Below, piece after piece: positions 1 through 10,390 of a stretch of 64,000 nucleotides of DNA (positions within the stretch are counted from its first letter, which is position 1; every line of letters starts with the position of its first letter). The notes under the pieces are model-generated. The model saw nothing but the letters and a program-made list of their open reading frames with translations. It had not been told where the DNA came from and did not search any database. Source of the DNA: Pedobacter sp. (GTDB taxonomy: Bacteria; Desulfobacterota; Desulfuromonadia; Desulfuromonadales; Syntrophotaleaceae); assembly GCA_050253415.1 (NCBI GenBank), contig JBFWJC010000001.1, positions 384,001 through 448,000 of the forward strand. The letters are read 5' to 3'. A program made the position numbers and the translations under genes.

Positions 1-670
1 AGATTTTTTCGCAGTCGATATGGCGGGCCATCAGCGGCATGGCCACGGTCAGGTCGAGGCGTCTGTACTGGCGCACCCCCATGACTTTGACGTCTTCGCC
101 GGTTTCGGGAAAAAGCTTTTTGAACGCTGCACCGTTGACATAGTGTTCCAGCGCAAGCACCGCTTTCTCCGTGGGGCTTAAGGGGTAGTATCCTACCGCC
201 GCCGAGCTATCGTTGGCGCAGCGCACATGCCCGGCACGAGAGAATATATCGGTCAGTTCCTCCGAGCCGGGGGCCAGCAGTACCCGGCAATTCAGGTGCT
301 GGTCCGGGTCGATAAATCGCATGTGGGCAACCAGCCAGTCGCGCACCGCCTTGTCGGCTATCTCCGCCACCGGCACTTGTTTGCCCTGAACAAGGACGGT
401 CGCCCGGTCGCCGATACTCAGTTCCATCCGTTTGAGCATGCGGCCGCCGCCGAACCATTTCTCGACGCTGCCTGCGGTCAGCAGGCCCTTGTCGATGTTG
501 TGATGCAGGACCGAGCCGAACTCCTTCAGATAGTAGCGTGACAGTTGCTGGGATATGGTCTCCAGCATGGCGTCGCACATGCTGTCGGGATGACCGACCC
601 CTTTACGTTCCACGATCTCGAATGGCTGATCGGCCATCGCCCGGCCTTCAAAAGGTGCTACCAGAATCAT
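1..670 (-). CDS. mat: Archaeal-type methionine adenosyltransferase (SAM synthetase), 5' part; runs off the window edge
   Basis: Manual translation from the ATG at 670 (GGAG upstream): MILVAPFEGRAMADQPFEIVERKGVGHPDSMCDA...HHNIDKGLL...ANDSSAAVGYYPLSPTE...GEDVKVMG. These match archaeal MAT motifs. Not in the ORF track. Confidence 0.9.
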   Translation of the reverse strand, partial: MILVAPFEGRAMADQPFEIVERKGVGHPDSMCDAMLETISQQLSRYYLKEFGSVLHHNIDKGLLTAGSVEKWFGGGRMLKRMELSIGDRATVLVQGKQVPVAEIADKAVRDWLVAHMRFIDPDQHLNCRVLLAPGSEELTDIFSRAGHVRCANDSSAAVGYYPLSPTEKAVLALEHYVNGAAFKKLFPETGEDVKVMGVRQYRRLDLTVAMPLMARHIDCEKI

Positions 671-878
671 TCGATGTCTCCTTATGACACGGTTTCGGGG
701 CTGATTTTCACCACCCTCTGTGTAATTGTACCGTGCCTCTTCCTGGACGCCAGCTACCCTTGGGGACCATTTCCCGTAAATAATCCTCAGGCGTTGATAA
801 GGGCGTAGATTCTGACCGACCTTGATCTTCCCGGATAAACATGTTAGGCCTCAAGGGAACTCTAACCAGCGAGGTGTC

Positions 879-1493
879 ATGCAGGAATTCGTAAGTGCTT
901 CAACCCTTCTGTTTATGCTACTTAACCCCTTTTTACTGGTGGTCTACCTTATCGACGTGTTTCAAAAGCTGTCTACTGCGACGTTCATTCGCGTGATATT
1001 GCGTGCCGGTTTCATCAGTATCGGAGTGTTTTCCGCATCCGCCTTGCTGGGGGATGTGATTTTCGAAGATGTGCTGCAGGCCCGTTTTGCCTCATTCCAG
1101 GTGTTCGGCGGCATCGTTTTCCTGCTCATCGGCCTGCGTTTCGTGTTTGAAGGCAATGCCGCCATCGAAGCATTGCGCGGCGAATCCCAGCATATCGCCG
1201 GTGCCATCGCCATGCCGCTCATGATCGGACCCGGCACCATCGGTGCCAGTATTCTCATCGGCAAGCGCCTGGGTCAGTGGCAGGCGATCCTGGCCATCAC
1301 CCTCACGGTTCTGCTCAGCGTTGTGGTTATGATTATCCTCAAGCGGGTGCACGATTTTGTACGTACGCATAATGAACCGATGGTGCAGCGTTACATCGAG
1401 GTCGCAGGCCGGATTACCGCCTTGATTGTCGGTACGTTTGCCATGGAGATGATTTTTCGGGGAGTGGAGACCTGGGTCAAGGCGTTTGGCTGA
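879..1493 (+). CDS. MarC family inner membrane protein
   Basis: Hydrophobic protein with LLNPF, FQVFGGIVFLLIGL and AMPLMIGPGTI motifs; start moved to ATG 879 after GAGG. Confidence 0.85.
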   Translation: MQEFVSASTLLFMLLNPFLLVVYLIDVFQKLSTATFIRVILRAGFISIGVFSASALLGDVIFEDVLQARFASFQVFGGIVFLLIGLRFVFEGNAAIEALRGESQHIAGAIAMPLMIGPGTIGASILIGKRLGQWQAILAITLTVLLSVVVMIILKRVHDFVRTHNEPMVQRYIEVAGRITALIVGTFAMEMIFRGVETWVKAFG

Positions 1494-1567
1494 AATTTTT
1501 AAAGGTTTACTGCTGAAGACGCGAGGAGCGCGGAGAAGGTGTAACCGCCTGAAAACCCCTTAACAAT

Positions 1568-1640
1568 ACAGGGATATCCAGGATGTACAGGATTAAAACC
1601 AAAGGAGCGGTTTTAAAGACTTTATCCTGATTATCCCTGT
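1568..1640. repeat. Long palindromic REP-like element between convergent genes
   Basis: ACAGGGATATCCAGGAT (1568-1584) is an imperfect inverted repeat of ATCCTGATTATCCCTGT (1624-1640). Inner arms TTAAAACC/GGTTTTAA; CAGGAT recurs at a 9-nt period. Confidence 0.6.
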
Positions 1641-1687
1641 TAGAGCATGTAATTAAAGGGGCAACACCCCGTTGGCTCCAAAATTAA

Positions 1688-4600
1688 TCACCGGAATTCG
1701 ATCTTGTAAAACAGATCGACGCCGCTTTCCTCTCCGGTACTCGATTCCAGTTCCCAGCGCTCGCCCAGGCTGTAACGCAGGCGGAAGGCATGGGTATTGG
1801 TGAACAGGGATTGTCCGATGCTCACATACAGGCTGGGGCTGAGATATTTGCCGATGGTCAGCATGGAACCCGATACCTCGTCCTGGGTAGTGCCTTGTTC
1901 GATACCGAGCACGTCAACCCCCAGTGAGCGTTTAAGGCGGTCGCGCAGCACCACCGATTCCCCTTGGGAGAGCAGCACTCCGCCGGCGGTCATGAGCAAG
2001 TCGGCCTCGCCGGCATTGCGGGCGGTGGCTCGTCCGAGGACGATATATGCCAGCCGATCGCTGTCGGACATGGCCGGATCGGAGGTCAGCTTGACCACTG
2101 GTGACCGTGGTGTTCCGCTGACCTGTACCCCGGCCTTGACCTTGCCGACGGTGCGCAGGGCAAGGATGTCGAGGGTCGGCTGATCGAGAGATCCGTTGAA
2201 TAGCAGGTTGCCGCGGGTGATATCGAGGCGGGTGCCGTAGGCGGCATACTGTCCCTCGGCCACGGTGATGCGTCCTTCAGCGTTCAAAGCCTTGGCACCG
2301 ATGGCCGTCAGGCGCAAGGCCCCGCTCAAGCGGGCATCGAGACCGGAGGCCTTGACCAGTACGTGATCCCCGAGCTCCAGCGTGATATCAGCCTGAATAT
2401 TGAAATCGGAGCGTTGTTTTTCCGGTATTTCCTGGCCGATGATGACGACATCTTCGCTGGGACTGACCACCGAAGGTTTTTTGTTGTCCCGGATCATGAC
2501 CTCCGGCAGGCCGATGGTGCCGGCCACCTTGACTCCGGCAGGACTACCCGTCATGCGCAGCTCCGGATCGGCCAGTACCTGCAATTCCGGCAGGTTGATA
2601 AGCTGGACGCGCGCGCCCTTGAGGGTCATGTCGTAGGTGCCCGGTTTCCAGTCCTGCAATTGCAGGCTGCCGGCACCGCGCAAGGTACCGTCGCCGGAAC
2701 GCAGCGACAGGCTGTCCAGAAGGATGCGATCCCCGTCCAAACGCGCTACCAGCCCGACATCCCGCAGCTCGATGCCGGCTACCGGCAGATAGGCACCTGC
2801 CTCAAGCAGACGTGCCTGGCCTTCGAGCCGCGGTTGCCCCCAGGTGCCGCCGGCATGCAAGTTGATTTCGATGCGGCCACGGGTTTCCTGTACTACCCCC
2901 GGCATCAACACGCTCAACAACCCCAACACCGCGCTACGGCCCTCAAGGGTAACCTCCAAAGGACCTTTGTCCAGAGGGGTTACAGGCAGTCTGGCCGGTA
3001 TGGGCAGCCGGTATTGCCCCTGCAGTCTGCCGTAATCACCCAGTTGCAGGTTGGTGGTACCCGTGAGACTTTGGTCGCGCCAGGACCAGTTGGCCGCGGC
3101 GGTCTGCACCGGAACCGACACCTGGCCCGAGTCGTTGCGGCTCAGGACATAACCGTCGGTGATTTTGATTTGCCCTGCGGCGATCATGTTGCGATCCGCA
3201 AGCAGTTTCCCTTCGCTTGTGCCGGAGAGGATCCCTTTAACCTGAATGTCGGGCGGCAACCAGGGGGCGAGACGTTCCAGATTCAATGCGCTGCAGGACA
3301 ACTCCCAACGGGCCTGCTCGGGCAAAGCCATGCGCGCACTACGCCCTCCTTCCAGGAACCCTTGCAACGCGCCACCGTCTTTAAGGTCGGCGGTCACGTC
3401 GGCGCGCAACCTGTCCGGATTCCAGTGCACACTGGCGGCGGCGTTATTCAACTCCAGTTGCAGGCGCTCCTGTTCAAAACGGCCCGCCAACTGCAACTCG
3501 GCGGAAAGATCAAAAGTCTCCTTGCCTGTTTGCCGCCAGGCTCCCTTGCCGCTGCTGGTGCCGGTGAGTTTGGCATCGGCGATCCAGGGTTGCGCATGGG
3601 CCAGCCGGATATTTTGCCAATCGAGGGCCGCGTTACCGGTCAGCGGGGAAAACTGCAGCTGGGCCAGAGCCGAGAGCTGTTCGTCACCTTTGCCTGTCAG
3701 ACGCAGTGCGTCGAGACGCAGCTCCCGTTGCGAAACGGTCAGCGCGGCCGGACTGGCCAGACGCAAGCTACCGACGGTATCCTGCAATGAAAGCTCGGTA
3801 AGGCTGCCCTGCCACCGGGAGGCGGCATAACCTCCGGCCGCTGCCAGCTGGAGGCGGGTCTGCTTGGGAAGGGTTATGCGGGCCGACAGGCTGTGCCGGT
3901 CAAGACGACCCTGGCCCTGCAAGGTCACGGAGGGGATGTCCAGTTGGTTGTGTTTGACTCCTGCGAGGTCGGCCTTGAGGGTACCGGTGCGGTCGTCTGC
4001 GAGGCTGGCCGTAAAGTTCAACCGCTGGATTTGCAACTTTTCGTATCCCATGCCGCGGCCGTTTCCGGCGATCTGTCCGGCGAACTGATGGTCTCGCCAG
4101 CGCACCCAGCCGCGACCCTGTACGGCACCGGCCAGTTCGGGCACAAATCCGGCGAGATCCTCCACCTTGGCGTTAAAGTCGATTCGCTGCTTCAAGCGCC
4201 CTCTGGCAGAAACATCTACACCACGGCTTTGCAGGTCCAGTGCCTTGATCTGCACGTCCTGACCCTGCAGACGGGCGTCGATGCCCCCGTGCAAGGGGTA
4301 GCCGCGCAGGGTGCTGGGCAACAGTTTGGCCTGCAACTCGGCCGTCACCGGGCCGGTTTGCGGACGGCTCCAGGTGCCTTCGGCCTGCAGGTTGATCTGA
4401 CCCGGCCAGGTCAGGCCCGCCGCTTCAGGATTGAGGCCGCGGCCGGTGAAGGTGCCCTGAATCACCATTTCCGGTGCCCAGTGCGCGGTGAGCTCGCCAC
4501 CGATCTCCCCATCCAGCCCCAGGATTTTGAGACGGGAAAGGGTCAAAACGTCGGGGCTGCCGCTAAAGCTTGTCTTAAGTTCAAGTTTGCGCCAGTCCCG

Positions 4601-5608
4601 CGCCTGGTTGGCCAAAGCCAACTGTCCTTCGAAAGCCTCCAGACCTCCCTTGAATGCCAGGCTGCCGCTGAGGTTGGTAGCCTGCCCGGTGAGTGTCATC
4701 AGATCCAGGTCTTTAAGGGTTGCGGTCAGATCGAGTCGCGGCTCGGGTTGTGCCCAATCGAGTTGCGCCTTGCCGCGCAGAGTGCCGTTGCCGGAGAGGG
4801 AGCGCAGGTCAACGTCTTTCAGGCTGACGTCGGTGGGTGCCAGGGCATAGGGTGTGGCAAGCTGCCAGCTACCCGTAATCGGCGAATGCCCGCTGAGGAT
4901 AAGGCGTCCGGCCAGGGTTTCAGGTTGTTGTGCGGGGTGTGCCGATCCGGCCAGGAGCATGGGGATATCGTTGCCGGGGGATGTTTTCAGCAGCGCCGCC
5001 GCCTGCAGTTGCAGACGCTGTCGCCGCCAGTCGGCTTCCAACCTGGCGGTCACCGTCCCGGCATCGCATAGCACCGTGAGCCAGGGGATGCGCAGTCTGC
5101 GGCGGGTCCAGCGGGCTTTGGTGGCTACCCCTTCAACGTAAAACGGCTCGGCATCCGGCTGTTTCCAGGTCAAGCGTTGCACTTGGACCTCGTCGAGAGC
5201 CACATGCAGCTTATCCAGCCAGCCGGGCAGTACGGGCCAGCTGAAATCCAGGGGTGTATCAGGTTCATCCGGTCTGGACTGTGTGACCAGGGTCACATCA
5301 TCGAGGCTCAAGGAGCGGATCCGTACATTGCGGTGCAGCAGGCCGGTCGCGCGCCAGCGCCATCCCAGCCGGCCGATGGAGATTTCGCCTCCGTCCCAGT
5401 GCAGCGCGACACCGGACAGAATCAGTTCATCCGTGAGACGTCCCTCGACGGATTGCACGGCAAAGGTCTCGGGCGCGCGGTTTGCGAGGGTGCGAATCAG
5501 CCAGTCGGCCCCCGTGGGTGTCGCCATCAGCCAGTAACAGCCAAGCACGAGCGCCAGGGAGATCACCAGCGTCAGACTGCCAAGAATGTAGAATACGTAA
5601 CGTTTCAC
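1688..5608 (-). CDS. tamB: Translocation/assembly module TamB family protein
   Basis: 1306 aa, N-terminal membrane anchor, beta-rich body, C-terminal ...IGKYLSPSLYVS...SGVDLFYKIEF; overlaps the tamA stop. Confidence 0.9.
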   Translation of the reverse strand: MKRYVFYILGSLTLVISLALVLGCYWLMATPTGADWLIRTLANRAPETFAVQSVEGRLTDELILSGVALHWDGGEISIGRLGWRWRATGLLHRNVRIRSLSLDDVTLVTQSRPDEPDTPLDFSWPVLPGWLDKLHVALDEVQVQRLTWKQPDAEPFYVEGVATKARWTRRRLRIPWLTVLCDAGTVTARLEADWRRQRLQLQAAALLKTSPGNDIPMLLAGSAHPAQQPETLAGRLILSGHSPITGSWQLATPYALAPTDVSLKDVDLRSLSGNGTLRGKAQLDWAQPEPRLDLTATLKDLDLMTLTGQATNLSGSLAFKGGLEAFEGQLALANQARDWRKLELKTSFSGSPDVLTLSRLKILGLDGEIGGELTAHWAPEMVIQGTFTGRGLNPEAAGLTWPGQINLQAEGTWSRPQTGPVTAELQAKLLPSTLRGYPLHGGIDARLQGQDVQIKALDLQSRGVDVSARGRLKQRIDFNAKVEDLAGFVPELAGAVQGRGWVRWRDHQFAGQIAGNGRGMGYEKLQIQRLNFTASLADDRTGTLKADLAGVKHNQLDIPSVTLQGQGRLDRHSLSARITLPKQTRLQLAAAGGYAASRWQGSLTELSLQDTVGSLRLASPAALTVSQRELRLDALRLTGKGDEQLSALAQLQFSPLTGNAALDWQNIRLAHAQPWIADAKLTGTSSGKGAWRQTGKETFDLSAELQLAGRFEQERLQLELNNAAASVHWNPDRLRADVTADLKDGGALQGFLEGGRSARMALPEQARWELSCSALNLERLAPWLPPDIQVKGILSGTSEGKLLADRNMIAAGQIKITDGYVLSRNDSGQVSVPVQTAAANWSWRDQSLTGTTNLQLGDYGRLQGQYRLPIPARLPVTPLDKGPLEVTLEGRSAVLGLLSVLMPGVVQETRGRIEINLHAGGTWGQPRLEGQARLLEAGAYLPVAGIELRDVGLVARLDGDRILLDSLSLRSGDGTLRGAGSLQLQDWKPGTYDMTLKGARVQLINLPELQVLADPELRMTGSPAGVKVAGTIGLPEVMIRDNKKPSVVSPSEDVVIIGQEIPEKQRSDFNIQADITLELGDHVLVKASGLDARLSGALRLTAIGAKALNAEGRITVAEGQYAAYGTRLDITRGNLLFNGSLDQPTLDILALRTVGKVKAGVQVSGTPRSPVVKLTSDPAMSDSDRLAYIVLGRATARNAGEADLLMTAGGVLLSQGESVVLRDRLKRSLGVDVLGIEQGTTQDEVSGSMLTIGKYLSPSLYVSIGQSLFTNTHAFRLRYSLGERWELESSTGEESGVDLFYKIEFR

Positions 5609-7410
5609 CAGCCGTACCCGATACTCAAATGGATGCGAAAAGAAGGATTGTCTTCACCGATCTGACGGGCGACATCGAGTCGCACCGGCCCCACCGGCGT
5701 GTAGTAGCGTAAGCCCATGCCGGCCCCTTGGTCCAGCCTGATCTGGCCGGGCTCGTCAAACGCGTTGCCGGCGTCGTAAAATGCTGCCAAGCCCCATTTT
5801 TCGCCCAGGGCGCGTTCCAGTTCCAGGCTGCCGACCAACAGATACTTGCCGCCTATCACGTCGCCGTCGCTGTCTTCGGGCCCCAGCGATTGGTAGGCAT
5901 AGCCACGCACGCTGCGATCGCCGCCGGCAAAAAATCGCAGCGACGGCGGCACGTCTTCCAGGGGTTCGTTCTGCAAAGTCCAGCCTGTGTCCATGCGTGC
6001 CAGCAGAGAGAGTCGGCCGGGCAGGGCCAACAGCACGTTGCCGGAGGCCAACATTTGCAGCAGCCCGGTATCGGAGCCGAGATACTGGTGTCCGCCACGG
6101 ACCTCAAGATTGTAACCGTAACCGTTTTGAGGGCGGACCAGACTGCGATAATGGCGATGGGAAAAGCGCACCCCCGGCAGCACCATGCGCAGGGTATCTG
6201 TTTCTCCACCGACGGTGAAGTGTTCTTGAAAGGCTTGCAGATAGGTGGAAATTTTTCGGCCCTGGCCCAGATCCCAGGCGCGTTCGACCTCGCCGGTCAG
6301 CTTACTGGAGAGAACGGTGTCGACATCCTCCCGTTCGAAGGTCAGCCGGACCGCCGTGAAACTGTTGAGGCTCTGTGTGTCAGGCCAGATGTAGGCAGCT
6401 CCTGCCGTTTGGGCATTTTGCGCCAGGTTGGCTTTAAGTTGCAGTTCATGTCCGTGGTTGAAGATGTTCAGATCTTGGTAGAGCAGCGACATGCGTGCGC
6501 CGGTGTCGGTGCCGTAACCGATGCCGGGGCGCAAGCGCCGGGAAGGGGAAGGCTCGAGAACCACATCGACCGGCACGCGCTGGTCGCTCACCGCCTGGCG
6601 GTCCGGAAGCAGCCGGATTTCCTTGAAACGGTCGGCGTCAAGCAACTGCAGCTGGGTTTCCCCCAGGCTGGCGTAGGAAAAAATATCGCCAGGCTGAAAG
6701 GTCAAAAAGCGTCGCAGGTAGACATCGGGATAATCTTCCGCCCCTTTGAAGCGGGTTTCTCCAAAATAGTACCGAGGTCCGGTGGCCAGTTCCAGTTCGA
6801 CCTCGGCGGACAGATTGTCCAGGTCAATGCGTATTTCATGTACGGCAAAGTCGGCATCCAGGTACCCGAGATCCAGCGCCTGGCTCTGCAGGTCCTTTTT
6901 GGCGCTTTCGTAAGCGGCTTGATCGAGAGGCTCTCCGACCTGTAGCGGAAAAGCCGCCGCCAGTCGCGTCAATGACCCCCGCGCAGTGCCGGGGCCGGTG
7001 ATCTCGACCCTTGATTTGGTGACGCGCACCGGTTCGCCAGGGTCTATGCTGACTTGGAGCACACTCCTGTCGTCGATTTTCTCAAGCCGGGTTTGGATCT
7101 TCGGGGTAAAATATCCAAAGGGCTGCATGGCGCGTGCCGCCTGCTGCGGTACCTGGTTTGTGAAGCGCTCCAACCAGCGGTGGTCGACTTGCCCCTCCCT
7201 TACCAATCCGGGGGGAAAAGCCAGAGCCGCCTCAACGTTGACGCGTAGCGGTCCCTCCAAACCCTGTAAATCAAGGCTTAGCGGTTCCGCTGCGAGCCCC
7301 GCTCCCGGCTGAAAGAAACACAGGATTCCAAGCAACAGGCCGACAACGGCCGACGACCATGAGGATCCTCCGCGAGGCCATGCTTTTTTTACCCGGATGC
7401 CCGCTCTCAT
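5605..7410 (-). CDS. tamA: TamA (Omp85 family) outer membrane protein
   Basis: POTRA-like region, RFFAGGDRSVRGY motif, YTPVGPVRLDVA, terminal aromatic residue; start uncertain (7410 or 7428). Confidence 0.9.
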   Translation of the reverse strand: MRAGIRVKKAWPRGGSSWSSAVVGLLLGILCFFQPGAGLAAEPLSLDLQGLEGPLRVNVEAALAFPPGLVREGQVDHRWLERFTNQVPQQAARAMQPFGYFTPKIQTRLEKIDDRSVLQVSIDPGEPVRVTKSRVEITGPGTARGSLTRLAAAFPLQVGEPLDQAAYESAKKDLQSQALDLGYLDADFAVHEIRIDLDNLSAEVELELATGPRYYFGETRFKGAEDYPDVYLRRFLTFQPGDIFSYASLGETQLQLLDADRFKEIRLLPDRQAVSDQRVPVDVVLEPSPSRRLRPGIGYGTDTGARMSLLYQDLNIFNHGHELQLKANLAQNAQTAGAAYIWPDTQSLNSFTAVRLTFEREDVDTVLSSKLTGEVERAWDLGQGRKISTYLQAFQEHFTVGGETDTLRMVLPGVRFSHRHYRSLVRPQNGYGYNLEVRGGHQYLGSDTGLLQMLASGNVLLALPGRLSLLARMDTGWTLQNEPLEDVPPSLRFFAGGDRSVRGYAYQSLGPEDSDGDVIGGKYLLVGSLELERALGEKWGLAAFYDAGNAFDEPGQIRLDQGAGMGLRYYTPVGPVRLDVARQIGEDNPSFRIHLSIGYGW

Positions 7411-7851
7411 AATAAGATATCCGCGCAATGTTCGTTACCTTTCGACCTTGCAGTGCATCTGATATGTGCTTGCCGTTGATCTAGTCTTCGGCCGGTTTCA
7501 TCATCGCATCAATTGTGGTTTGACGTCCATAACTGTTTGATATGCCCGATCTTTGGGGGTTTGAAAGTTGGGATGTGTAAACCACTATTCTTCCATGATA
7601 ACGCCAAAAATGGCCGTGTACAGTTTTGTTCGAGAGGCGTTTCATACGGAGCGGCAGCTTTGGAATCCGCATTGTGTCTACGCTTTTTGCGATGGGGTCA
7701 ATTGGGGACGGAATGGAACGAATATGTAAAAAAATCCCCTTTCAGGTACAAGAAATCGTGTTAAAATGCTTTCCCTGTTTTGCCCTGTATCCTTTGTTTT
7801 TAAATACGTGCAGTGCCATCTTTGACAGGCGAGGCACAAGGAGGCCATCCC

Positions 7852-9573
7852 ATGACCCTTAGCGATCTTATCGTCCACTATCTTGAACAGTTCGGCGTGG
7901 AATATGTTTTCGGCATTCCCGGTAGTCCGCTTGGTCCCCTGTTCGATGCCCTCAAACGTAGCGAACAGCGTGGCGGGCCGCGCATGGTGCTGACGCGCCA
8001 TGAAGCCGGCGCGGCTTTCATCGCCGACGGTTATGCCCGCGAAAGCGGCAAGCTAGGGGTATGCTGCGCCACCACCGGCCCCGGGGCCACCAACCTTATT
8101 ACCGGGGTGGCTTCCGCTTATGCCGAACAGGTGCCGATGCTGGTCATCACCCCCCAGACCCGCTTGCGCGATCTGGGGTTCGGTTGTTTTCAGGATTCGT
8201 CGCGCAACGGTATCGATACGGTGAGCATGTTCGAGCCATGCACCGTTTACAATGCCAGCGTGACCCATCCCCACCAGTTGGAGAGAAAGCTGACGGCGGC
8301 ACTGACCGCAGCTTTCGGTACACCGAGGGGCCCTGCCCATCTGTGTATCCCCATCGATGTTTTTGCTGCCGAGGCTGAAGTACCGCTGCAATTTCCCCAT
8401 TTGAGGGAACTGCTCGAACGTCCCCGGGCGTTCCTGGATACCCGTGGTGTAACGAGCTTGTGCGAAGAGGTTTCCGGTGCGCTGAATCGCGGTGCCAGAC
8501 TCTGCCTGCTGGCCGGCCATAACAGCATCGGTGCGGGTCGCGAAATCGAAAGGTTTGCGGAGTTGACCGGGGCGTCCCTGCTTACCACACCGCGCGGCAA
8601 GTCGGCCATCAACCCCTACCATCCCCGGGCCCGTGGTGTGTTCGGCATGGCCGGACACAGTTCGGCCCGTGCTGCGCTGGCGGATGAGCAGGTCGAACTG
8701 ATCCTGGCCGTCGGCACCAATCTGGGCGAATGGTCGACCTGCAAGTGGGACCCGGTGCTCATGAACCATAAACTGGTGCACATTCATAATGACCGCCGCT
8801 GTTTCAGCCGGTCCCCCATGGCTCGCCTGCAGGTGGAAGGGGATATTGCCGCTCTGTTCACGCAGCTCAACACCTGCCTGGAAACGTTGCAACACGAAGG
8901 GCGACTGACCCTGCGCAATGCCGGGATGGGTTCTGTGGCGGCTGCAGCCGAGAGCTACCTGCCGGCAGGTATCACCGTTAACAAACCGGCCTGTTGCGAT
9001 ACGGTGCGTAGCGATGCGCCGATCAAGGCTCCCCAGGTGTATGCCGAGTTGATCCGGCGGTTGCCGCAGGAAACCCGGTTTTTTATCGATAACAGCAACA
9101 GCGTGCCCTGGTCGATCCACTACTTTTTCCACCCCCGACCGGAGAACTATCATCTGTCCATCGAATTCGCCACCATGGCCTGGGCGGTGGGCGCTGCAGT
9201 CGGTGGCGCTTTCGGTAACCGCCAGGCGCCGTCGGTGTGCCTGGCCGGAGACGGATGTTACCTGATGAGCGGCCAGGAGATCACCGTGGCGGTGGAAAGG
9301 CAGTTGCCGGTTATTTTTGTGGTGCTCAACGATCAGGGTTACGGGCTCATCAAGCACGGACACCGGCTTGCCGGCAAGGAGCCGGTCGACTTTTCGATTC
9401 CTCCGGTCGATTTTGCCATGATGGGTCGCGCGGCCGGTGCCGATGCCCAGACCATCCGCAGCATGCGGGACTTCGACAATCTGGACTGGCAGGCTCTGGC
9501 CAGCCGTCAGGGACCGACGTTGCTGGAGGTCATTATCGACCCCGAGGAACAACCCACTATCGCCATGTCCTGA
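7852..9573 (+). CDS. Thiamine diphosphate-dependent enzyme (acetolactate synthase large subunit-like)
   Basis: VFGIPG, RHEAGAAFIADGYAR, TTGPGATN and GDG...ND ThDP motif; GGAGG upstream of ATG 7852. Confidence 0.85.
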   Translation: MTLSDLIVHYLEQFGVEYVFGIPGSPLGPLFDALKRSEQRGGPRMVLTRHEAGAAFIADGYARESGKLGVCCATTGPGATNLITGVASAYAEQVPMLVITPQTRLRDLGFGCFQDSSRNGIDTVSMFEPCTVYNASVTHPHQLERKLTAALTAAFGTPRGPAHLCIPIDVFAAEAEVPLQFPHLRELLERPRAFLDTRGVTSLCEEVSGALNRGARLCLLAGHNSIGAGREIERFAELTGASLLTTPRGKSAINPYHPRARGVFGMAGHSSARAALADEQVELILAVGTNLGEWSTCKWDPVLMNHKLVHIHNDRRCFSRSPMARLQVEGDIAALFTQLNTCLETLQHEGRLTLRNAGMGSVAAAAESYLPAGITVNKPACCDTVRSDAPIKAPQVYAELIRRLPQETRFFIDNSNSVPWSIHYFFHPRPENYHLSIEFATMAWAVGAAVGGAFGNRQAPSVCLAGDGCYLMSGQEITVAVERQLPVIFVVLNDQGYGLIKHGHRLAGKEPVDFSIPPVDFAMMGRAAGADAQTIRSMRDFDNLDWQALASRQGPTLLEVIIDPEEQPTIAMS

Positions 9574-9588
9574 CAGGCCCGAATGTTC

Positions 9589-9621
9589 AACGAGGCAGAC
9601 GGTTCACCCGTCTGCCTCGTT
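9589..9621. terminator. Hairpin between convergent ThDP-enzyme and psiE genes
   Basis: AACGAGGCAGACGG-TTCAC-CCGTCTGCCTCGTT, perfect 14-bp stem. Confidence 0.65.
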
Positions 9622-9659
9622 TCCCTCACCGATGTTTACCGCCTTATTTGCCGTCAACC

Positions 9660-10103
9660 TTACGATGAAGACTGCTGCGTTTCTTCACTATCGCCTGGAC
9701 TGAAACGAATAGCCAGCGTACGTACAATACCCAGGGCCAGTATCAACAGGCTGAACCCGGCCATGGTGGATGCGGAGGTGCTGTGCTGCCGGTAAAGCCC
9801 CAGGATCATTTCCCGAATGACAATGACGATGGCCGGATCCATCATGGAATGCAGGCGGATGCGGTGATCCTTGAAGTAATCAATAAAACTGCGAAACAGT
9901 TCAATAATTACCAGGAAATTGAGGATTTCTGCGACGACTCCGGTAAAGGCCCCACCGATGGGACCCCATGAGAGCAGGTCCCTGATGGTGAATACTGTTC
10001 TGCCCAGGCCGATGACCAGTACCGCTACGATATAGACAATCAGGATGTTGACAATATATTGCAGCGATCGATCAAAAATCGGTATCCATTGGCAACGGTG
10101 CAT
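9660..10103 (-). CDS. Phosphate-starvation-inducible PsiE family membrane protein
   Basis: About 4 hydrophobic segments; IIELFRSFIDYF...AIVIVIREMI pattern. Confidence 0.75.
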   Translation of the reverse strand: MHRCQWIPIFDRSLQYIVNILIVYIVAVLVIGLGRTVFTIRDLLSWGPIGGAFTGVVAEILNFLVIIELFRSFIDYFKDHRIRLHSMMDPAIVIVIREMILGLYRQHSTSASTMAGFSLLILALGIVRTLAIRFSPGDSEETQQSSS

Positions 10104-10390
10104 GGTGCCTCGGCTTTCGTGTTGTTTTTAATGGTTTCGTTTCCACCGAAGGTGTCATTATGCCCTGGTTGCAACAGGCAGGTGTAAGCAGTCGGTCAGT
10201 TTTCGGTAAGTGGTTCGGGCTGGTGCATTCCTCCGCAATAAATCCTTTCCCTTTAATGGTTCCCTCCTTATAATAAGCAACCGCCAATCCTTTTGTTGTT
10301 ACGCACAAGGCAAAGGCCTCCTTGCGGAAGTCTTTATGAACCGTTGTGAGAAATTGGCACCTCCCCGTAACAGACACGCAAGGATCCCTC

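Noticed and set aside
10297..10335. GTTACGCACAAGGCAAA resembles the start of a c-di-GMP-I (GEMM) riboswitch
   Set aside because: The following GAAA-tetraloop stem and GACGCAAAGC junction are missing
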